Origin: a virus
Length of the DNA: 64,000 nucleotides
Direction: 5' to 3' (one strand)
Virus record (IMG/VR): IMGVR_UViG_3300047471_000729
Coordinates: 1 to 64,000 of that record
Shown: positions 57,588 through 64,000 of the stretch, piece by piece
Numbering within the stretch: the stretch's first letter is position 1
How the letters are laid out: the number at the start of each line of letters is the position of its first letter
Program-made: the position numbers and the translations under genes
The notes under the pieces: generated by a model
What the model saw: only the letters and a program-made list of their open reading frames with translations
What the model was told of the DNA's origin: nothing
Database searches by the model: none

Positions 57588-58472
57588 TCATTCTTCCTCT
57601 ATTAGTCCAGCTTCTCGTAATGCAGTTATATACGATTCGAGGTATGGAATCATTAGTTTCAACCGATTGACTAATTCGGTTGCAGATCGACCAAAATCAA
57701 TCTGTTCACCATTATCCGCCTCCCGACGTATATTATGTAAAAGTGCTTCTTGTATGGCAGTTACAAGTTTTCCAGGACTGTAATGTCGCGAATTCATAAA
57801 GTTTGAGATACTCAGTAGTCGGTCATCAATTAGTACCTTATCTCGAAGTAAGTTTGTAATTCTGGTGGGGTGTAGATGGACTCTACCATATTGTTGGGTA
57901 AAGGCTAGATGGTCCTGAATTGGTGCGTCTATTGGTGGACGTTCAACTTCACCCGGTTGTGTCCATGGTGTTAGGGTCATTGGTGGTATAACAATAGGTG
58001 TTCGCCTAACTGGTGCTTGGCGAACAGGTGTTTGTCTGGTTAATGGTGGGGTGGTAGATCTTTGGGGTCGATTTTGTCTTAATTCCTTTATTTTGGCTGT
58101 TTGTTGAGTTTTGGTCATTCCTATGAAACGGTGTTGTTCAGGAATAGGTAGATCTCGAGCGATGAACACAATTGAACCAATTGCAAATTCTTTTCGATCC
58201 ATAAGCTCTATTATTTCTGGAATACCTTTCTCAACGACAGTCACTGCTTCATATGCTGTGCTTCTATTACTAAGACCAACTCGTTTTGCTGCATCATCTG
58301 GACTTAGAAAAGCAACTCCAGTATACTGCAGTTGCTCTTGACGGTGGTCCCCACCATGCGGTCTCACAATCTTCTTGAACCAACCGGCTCGTTCACTGAT
58401 CTTGTAACCGTCTCGCATTTCGTTCTCGTCTATTTCAGGTATTATGATTTCATCGATGTTTATACTTGTCAT
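57588..58472 (-). CDS. ParB-related HTH protein (lacks a clear CTPase box)
   Basis: INIDEIII, GGDHR, AAKRVGLSNRSTAYEAVTVVEKGIPEIIE. Confidence 0.5.
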   Translation of the reverse strand: MTSINIDEIIIPEIDENEMRDGYKISERAGWFKKIVRPHGGDHRQEQLQYTGVAFLSPDDAAKRVGLSNRSTAYEAVTVVEKGIPEIIELMDRKEFAIGSIVFIARDLPIPEQHRFIGMTKTQQTAKIKELRQNRPQRSTTPPLTRQTPVRQAPVRRTPIVIPPMTLTPWTQPGEVERPPIDAPIQDHLAFTQQYGRVHLHPTRITNLLRDKVLIDDRLLSISNFMNSRHYSPGKLVTAIQEALLHNIRREADNGEQIDFGRSATELVNRLKLMIPYLESYITALREAGLIEEE

Positions 58473-58485
58473 TGTTCTATCTCAT

Positions 58486-58522
58486 AAAAGAGGAAGGCGG
58501 ACGGCTGTTGCCGCCCGCCCCC
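58486..58522 (-). terminator. Hairpin/terminator after the 58536 gene
   Basis: GGCGGACGGC...GCCGCCCGCC stem followed by a T-rich tract on the - strand. Confidence 0.5.
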
Positions 58523-58535
58523 TTTGATCAGTTTC

Positions 58536-59525
58536 TTATTGTGCTGCTTCGGCCAGTTCTGCAGGTTCGATAAAGCGCGGGAAACGCTCATCGGTGCGCA
58601 GAAAGAGACCATTGCGACCAATTCCCTTATCCTGTTTAAACAGATTGAATGCCTTGATCAGCAGAGCGAGACGTGGACCATACTTAAGATCCATGTCGTT
58701 CTCCTGAGTAGACAACAACTTGTTACGCAGGTGCAGGATGGGATCATGTTCGTCAAGATTTGCTCCGGAACCCAGAGGACGGAAGAAATCCTCAAGCACA
58801 TCGTTCCCGTAAAGCGTCAAGATCTTCGAAGCACTAAAGATCGCCGCCGGTTTGTTACCGATGACTTTGACTGCCGTAGGGTAGTTGGCCGAAACGTGAT
58901 GTGCAGCGGCTCCCACCTCAGGATGCTGGCGACTATAATTCAGCACTTCAATATTAGTGAAGGGCCGAATGACAGGTTGCTTGTTGGTAACGACCAGTGC
59001 ATTATGGTCGTATCGCCAAGCCAGCTTAATCGCACCCGCGACCGAAGCCGCCATGCCGTTTGCACCAGCTGTGTACAAGGCATCTGCCGCGTTCCTCGGC
59101 TTAGAATCGTCAATGAACGCAAACAGAGAGTCATGCACTGGTATATCACACACCACGTAAGTTTCGAATGTGACACCTGACATGTAGCAAGCCCATAGCC
59201 GATGCTGTGCATCCCACACTTGGCCATCAGTTGTGATCAAAATTGCCTGACCAGTCTTGATCCACATGTCCGCAATCATGCAAGCGGCATACTTACGGAT
59301 AGCTGAAAGTGAAAGCTTCCGATTTACCTTGTTACGCCGAAGGAGCTTCTCGGCGATTTCTGGTGTGATTGTGCACCAACCAGTGGTAACAGGAAGTTCG
59401 GTGGGAGGAAGTTGTGTAGCTGACCATTCATCGAACCTAGTGACCAACTCCTGAAAAGCTAGTGCACTACAAGTATCAAGGTCGATGGTGACAGCTGGAC
59501 TCCAAGTGGTATTAGGTTCTGGCAT
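58536..59525 (-). CDS. ParB/DGQHR-like domain protein
   Basis: ITPEIAEKLL..N..NRKLS...YA..M..D.W...G.VWDAQHRLWA. Likely start ATG 59525 (MPEPN). Confidence 0.65.
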   Translation of the reverse strand: MPEPNTTWSPAVTIDLDTCSALAFQELVTRFDEWSATQLPPTELPVTTGWCTITPEIAEKLLRRNKVNRKLSLSAIRKYAACMIADMWIKTGQAILITTDGQVWDAQHRLWACYMSGVTFETYVVCDIPVHDSLFAFIDDSKPRNAADALYTAGANGMAASVAGAIKLAWRYDHNALVVTNKQPVIRPFTNIEVLNYSRQHPEVGAAAHHVSANYPTAVKVIGNKPAAIFSASKILTLYGNDVLEDFFRPLGSGANLDEHDPILHLRNKLLSTQENDMDLKYGPRLALLIKAFNLFKQDKGIGRNGLFLRTDERFPRFIEPAELAEAAQ

Positions 59526-59718
59526 TTTTACCCTTTCTTCTGTGCGGACGACAAATTGTCTGTTGCACGCGCTTAATGTAGCGGAGTTCAAATTCGATTG
59601 CAAGATAAAAATTTTGCGTGTACTGCAATTGCAGATTATTGCATAACAGCTATGCAAAAACGCTTCAATCAACGCATTTTCTGCTTGCAATGAATTGCAA
59701 AATATGCTAGGCTCATAA

Positions 59719-59822
59719 TGCAGCAGGTTGCTGCGACCGTGTGCACAACGGGGTTCAATAACAGGGCAATCGCTCTGCCAACTATCTGGGTAGGAATGGC
59801 GAACCAGCAGCGACTTGTTGTA
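59719..59822 (+). ncRNA. Candidate structured RNA or 5' leader (multi-branch)
   Basis: 16-bp closing stem 59719-34/59807-22 plus internal stems. Begins about 6 nt after TTGCAA-N17-TAGGCT. Confidence 0.5.
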
Positions 59823-59845
59823 CTATCTTTGGAAAGGACAGCATC

Positions 59846-60016
59846 GTGGTATCAGCAAAAACATTACAAGAGATTGCAAAGGTCATCTTAAGGCATGTTA
59901 CACCTGAAGTGGCTGATGCGATATGCCAAGACCTGATGAAGGTTCAGGGAAACAAGAGTTATACAGATACAGTTCATCATCTGGGAATTCTGCTTCAAAG
60001 GATCACCCTAATCTAG
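59846..60016 (+). CDS. 56-aa hypothetical protein
   Basis: GGAAAGGA RBS, GTG start, VSAKTLQEIAKVILRHV... Confidence 0.5.
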   Translation: MVSAKTLQEIAKVILRHVTPEVADAICQDLMKVQGNKSYTDTVHHLGILLQRITLI

Positions 60017-60349
60017 CCTTGAATTGAGTCTTGATTTCAGGCCTTTCTAAGTCAAGACTCAATTAGCCTTTTCACTAATTCATAAAGTGATAAATAACTA
60101 AATTAACCTTTAGGTTAATGATGCGCGCGACCGTGCGTGCGCAGGCGTGCGTCATGCGCGCATATATACGCGTACGCGCGCAAGACGATGTAAGAGTCAA
60201 GAAATTTTTGGTGCTGGCTCAAATCAGGTATTGCTTTTCGTCGCAAGATCAGTTATATATATCTTTGGAGGTGTAGTACCTCCCAGGCCGGTTTTGATGC
60301 GTTCCGGCAACCCATCAATAAACGCACGCGGGCCAGGAGGCCCTATTAA

Positions 60350-60802
60350 ATGCCTGATGGTAACTTCAAACCACCCGCTCCACCCCTTCCAGCGACTATT
60401 GCTGATTGGGATGCAGCACGAGTCAATCGCAATTTGCCGAGGAGTCTCAATGATATTGTTGAAGAGATTCATCGTCGGCTAGTTGTCGATGATTCAGAGA
60501 CTGGTCGTGATTATCGTAAGTATCTGTTTGCTATTTGGCCAAGCGAAGCGATCGAAGGTGCGATCGTTTATGACGACGCCAAGGCAGCGATGATCATCCA
60601 GCAATTTGCGCAGGATGTTGGCATTGAAATTCCTGCGAGTAGCAACAAGATCGACCCGATCGTAAAGTCGCTGCACGTAACGCTAAGTCGTTATGAGCAG
60701 TCGAGAAAGCAACGTCGGGATGTGGTCCAAGGCATTCCTGTTACTCGTCGTCGTGGTCGTCCGCGTCGTAATCAGACCGACGATAACAACAACAACGAGT
60801 AG
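60350..60802 (+). CDS. Hypothetical protein with an AT-hook-like tail
   Basis: AGGAGG RBS. RRRGRPRR near the C-terminus. Confidence 0.6.
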   Translation: MPDGNFKPPAPPLPATIADWDAARVNRNLPRSLNDIVEEIHRRLVVDDSETGRDYRKYLFAIWPSEAIEGAIVYDDAKAAMIIQQFAQDVGIEIPASSNKIDPIVKSLHVTLSRYEQSRKQRRDVVQGIPVTRRRGRPRRNQTDDNNNNE

Positions 60803-60810
60803 GTATCTTG

Positions 60811-60840
60811 GGTGAGGGGGATCAGCCCCCCTCACTTTTT
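60811..60840 (+). terminator. Intrinsic terminator
   Basis: GTGAGGGGG-atcagc-CCCCCTCAC-TTTTT. Confidence 0.75.
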
Positions 60841-60854
60841 ATAAGGATGTAACA

Positions 60855-61949
60855 ATGCCTGAGGATAATGTCTTTCCAATGCCAACACCGTTAGATCGAC
60901 TAGCTGCCTTAATCCCACGAGATCTTGAGCGGCAGAAACTTGGCCGTCAAGAATGGATTGAAGGGTCATTCAATCTTTGTATCCACCTCGCTGAAGCTAA
61001 GGCACTTCATCCAGCGACTGTTGAATTCAGTCAGTGGTGTACTGATAACGGTTTTGGTGAGACCGTTATTAGTTCTGATAAAAGAGCCGCCGCTATTAAA
61101 ATGGGTCAGCAACCTGAGGCTTTACGTGTAGCATTAGAAATAACAAAACGTAGTTCGTTAGAAACAATCTACGATAACGACTTTAGAAGCTCGACTTCGG
61201 AACGTTCCGAAGTCGATAGCCGCGCGGATAGCTCAAACGAACCAACACCAACACCAACACCAACACCAACACCAACACCAACACCAACACCAACACCAAC
61301 ACCAACACCAACTAATACAACTACATCAAGACCAACACCAACACCAACTAATACAACTACATCAAGACCAAGAACGGAGAGACCAGTGCAAGAGCCACCT
61401 CGTGATAGGGTAGACGAGGTTCTTCGTCGACTGGATGCAGGAGAACCAGTCACTAGGGTTGTAATTGCTGAAGTGTTTAATTGTGGTGAAACCGCAGCAT
61501 CAAATGCAATCCTTGTAGCGCAAGTGGAACGTCGGATTAGACAGGAACCCACTCCAGTTGCTGTTACTGAGATGCCGGAGAATATGCGACAACGTTACGA
61601 AGCCGCAGTTCGAAAGGCAAGGCGGGAGTTGAAAGTAGAAATCACTGCTGAAGTAAGAGCAGAAGTTCATGCTAATTACGATGTAATGATTTCGGGTGTG
61701 AGGAGACGACTTGAGCGGGCAGATCGACTTATTGCGCGTGATCGTGGTCTTATGCTTCGTCAGGATTATCGAAAACTTCTCGCTGCCTTGCATGTGGATC
61801 ATAATACGTATGAACATGCGCGCGAGATGTTTGAACTAGTAAAACGGCTAGAAGATGTTCTGGTAAAACCAGATGATCCACCTAGCCTAACTTTACCAAC
61901 CAGTGCTGCGGGTCTTGCCGAATGGGCTAGACAACATAGAAGCAACTAG
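60855..61949 (+). CDS. Hypothetical DNA-binding protein with a Pro-Thr linker
   Basis: LAEAKA...EFSQWC N-terminal domain, (PT)n linker, HTH-like VIAEVFNCGETAA and a coiled coil. Confidence 0.6.
   Translation: MPEDNVFPMPTPLDRLAALIPRDLERQKLGRQEWIEGSFNLCIHLAEAKALHPATVEFSQWCTDNGFGETVISSDKRAAAIKMGQQPEALRVALEITKRSSLETIYDNDFRSSTSERSEVDSRADSSNEPTPTPTPTPTPTPTPTPTPTPTPTNTTTSRPTPTPTNTTTSRPRTERPVQEPPRDRVDEVLRRLDAGEPVTRVVIAEVFNCGETAASNAILVAQVERRIRQEPTPVAVTEMPENMRQRYEAAVRKARRELKVEITAEVRAEVHANYDVMISGVRRRLERADRLIARDRGLMLRQDYRKLLAALHVDHNTYEHAREMFELVKRLEDVLVKPDDPPSLTLPTSAAGLAEWARQHRSN
61241..61370 (+). repeat. (ACCAAC)n hexamer repeat plus a duplicated ~33-nt unit
   Basis: About 12 tandem ACCAAC units, then PTPTPTNTTTSR encoded twice. 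Confidence 0.9.
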
Positions 61950-61978
61950 CGAATGTAAGCCTTTAATTCTTAAAGGCT

Positions 61979-62010
61979 AAAAAGGCCCCGCCTTCGGGCG
62001 GGGCTTTTTT
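61979..62010 (+). terminator. Intrinsic terminator
   Basis: AAAAAGGCCCCGCC-TTCG-GGCGGGGCTTTTTT. Confidence 0.9.
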
Positions 62011-62071
62011 ATGTCTGATTTAATAATTCTAGATTGAATAGCCGTATATTAGCTAGGCGGAGGGAAGCCTA

Positions 62072-62851
62072 GTGATCGTTAAGCATGTCGAAATTAAACC
62101 AAAACAAGTAATCAGGAAATTTGAGTTTGAGCGGACTGAACGCTTTGTTCGGAATGCTGATAAGTGGTATCGTATTGTAGCTGAAATGCTGGCTGAGATT
62201 AGACTTGATCGCGCGCATATGCGGACCAGTGATCAACAGATTGTCAATTGGGTTAAGCAGATTAAGAGGTTTTCAAAGCAGTTAGCTGGTGGGGAACCTC
62301 CTATAGTCAGACTCTACACTCTGATTAAGTGGTACAAAGATCATTATGACGATGATGAGTACATCCCTAGGGTTGAGTCTGCTACATCATTAGTCAGCAA
62401 GTTTGAGAGGCTTGAAGCTGCGATGATTCGTAGGGTCAAGTTAAAGACGGCTAACGGACATGATTTGTCAATCAAACAGGTGTTGCAGCAGAACGGTATT
62501 ACACATCCTCGCATTGTTGATACAATCGAGAGGGATCTAGTTATTCCAGCCCGAAGGCTTCATCTGTCAGATATGACTAATGATGCGGTATTGACCGATA
62601 AGATTGTTGGACTGTATAACGAGATCCAGAATGAACGAGCAACGGTAAGACTCTCCCCTGCCGTTAAGCTGAACATTGGTGGCCCATTGGAAGTTATGCG
62701 CAGGTATATTAGTTGGCTAGCTGAAAAGGATTGGGATGCCAGTAGTAGAGTATTGAAATCAGACAGTCCAGCCTTTAACCAGTTTAGGCGGGATTTTCGT
62801 AATATGGAGGGTAATGACCCAGTAAACGGTAAGGAAAGGGTCTATGAATGA
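62072..62851 (+). CDS. Hypothetical protein, possibly replication-associated
   Basis: GGAGG RBS and GTG start. Upstream of the helicase gene. Confidence 0.5.
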   Translation: MIVKHVEIKPKQVIRKFEFERTERFVRNADKWYRIVAEMLAEIRLDRAHMRTSDQQIVNWVKQIKRFSKQLAGGEPPIVRLYTLIKWYKDHYDDDEYIPRVESATSLVSKFERLEAAMIRRVKLKTANGHDLSIKQVLQQNGITHPRIVDTIERDLVIPARRLHLSDMTNDAVLTDKIVGLYNEIQNERATVRLSPAVKLNIGGPLEVMRRYISWLAEKDWDASSRVLKSDSPAFNQFRRDFRNMEGNDPVNGKERVYE

Positions 62852-63515
62852 GGAAGAAGATTATGTCACCTAGTCGTGGGTTTTACAAGAGAGAAGACCG
62901 GGTATTCTGTCGATGTGAATTGTGTCGCTTGCGTTTCGGTCGCTTGCTTTACCGAAGAAACTCTAGTGGTCCGGCTTTGGGTATGGGTCGAGACGGTTGG
63001 AGTGAGTACAAACATGCCTATCCTGTATCAAGATGGGGTGGGCATCGAACTCGCTTTCCTCCCAAGGAAAGGGTTTATGAATGAGTTATCCTGTTGCTTA
63101 TGCTTTTATCTTTTACTTTGTAATGGGTGGTTTCTTTGCAAGTGGTGTTTACCGGGGAATGCGTAAGAACCCTCGCTATACTAGACGTGTGATTGTGTGG
63201 GTCACCGTTGTTATGGTTGTCTTTATTTGGCCTTATGGTATCTACCTTTTGTTGAAGGAAAGCGGGTATGTCTGAAAGTAGGTGGGGCGACCGATGACTG
63301 AGCTGATCGGCAGCTCGACATATTCCGGCGACGCTTGCCCGTCCTGCGGCTATCGCTACGGCCATGTTGAGCAAGACCACAAACCGGTGATTACGGTCTA
63401 CTACTCTGATCGTGCCGACCTCGCCATCGTCGGGTTTCGCTGCCCGCAATGTAACTACGAGTACATGCCCAAGAGATGTTGTCCTGAAACAATTGTAAGG
63501 CGGAAGGATAATTAG

Positions 63516-64000
63516 ATGTCTGAATTTATTGAGCGTAGGATAGTAACCGGACTGATCGTAAGCAATGAATTTGCTCGAAAGATAGTCGCCTATTGGCGAG
63601 ATGACTTGCTGGTCGCACCGGAATTACAGAAACTGGCTCGTTGGTGTGTAGACTTTTATGAGCAATACCACAAGGTACCCGATCGTGATATTGAAATGAT
63701 CTTTTTTGATCACCTGCGCTCCAATCGGATATCGAAACCAGAAGGTGAGTTGATTGAACAGATTCTGACTCGTATCAGCGATGATTACGAGCGTGGTGAT
63801 CAATACAATGCAGGGTATCTGTTTGACCGAGCAGTCGCCTATTTCCGCTCCAGGGAACAGGAAAACCTAAAGGAACAACTGGAAGATCTGACAGATAGGG
63901 GAGAAGTAGAGAGGGCAGATGATCTGCTTAGGTCCTACACTCCAACCAGTTACATTACTTCACTTGGGTTGGAAGTTGGTAGTGAAGAAGGTTACCGAGC
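63516..64000 (+). CDS. Probable replicative helicase (DnaB/gp41-like) N-terminus, truncated by the window edge
   Basis: Own translation MSEFIERRIVTGLIVSNEFARKI...WCVDFYEQYHKVP, open to the end of the window. No ATPase motifs visible yet. Confidence 0.5.
   Translation, partial: MSEFIERRIVTGLIVSNEFARKIVAYWRDDLLVAPELQKLARWCVDFYEQYHKVPDRDIEMIFFDHLRSNRISKPEGELIEQILTRISDDYERGDQYNAGYLFDRAVAYFRSREQENLKEQLEDLTDRGEVERADDLLRSYTPTSYITSLGLEVGSEEGYR

Noticed and set aside
61241-61370. CRISPR-like or contingency repeat
   Set aside because: It is an in-frame hexamer repeat encoding a Pro-Thr linker with no spacers, and unit changes would not shift the frame.
1-64000. Stop-codon reassignment or alternative genetic code
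   Set aside because: Core genes are full length under the standard code and end in TAA, TAG or TGA.

Overview
This window is a 64-kb segment of a contractile-tailed (myovirus-type) phage genome. The host is inferred to be an alphaproteobacterium, from CTTG-N17-TATA promoters, PEP-CTERM genes and an OpgC-like gene. Positions 1-41.6 kb (+ strand) are virion morphogenesis genes of the DUF2213 protease / DUF2184 capsid / DUF3383 sheath / DUF3277 tube / DUF2612 baseplate type. They include two free-standing homing-endonuclease-like genes, a GH24 lysozyme, a -1 frameshift tail chaperone, and three fibre proteins ending in S74 chaperone domains, one fused to the baseplate spike. Positions 41.7-49.9 kb (- strand) are accessory and early genes: two PEP-CTERM proteins, an XRE regulator, a gamma-glutamylcyclotransferase and an amidoligase. 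Positions 50.3-64 kb hold replication and regulatory genes: SNF2 helicase, sigma-like factor, primase, OpgC-like acyltransferase, three ParB-like proteins and the start of a replicative helicase. Main observations: (1) a phage-borne PEP-CTERM cassette with a sigma54 promoter, an IHF-like site and a palindromic enhancer; (2) a TTGC-N8-GCAA palindrome found 11 times, mostly over early promoters; (3) several candidate structured RNAs; (4) a spike-fibre fusion; (5) a protease/scaffold locus separated by an antisense endonuclease gene. I saw no terminase, portal, integrase, tRNA or CRISPR array. All family assignments come from motif recognition by eye, not database searches.
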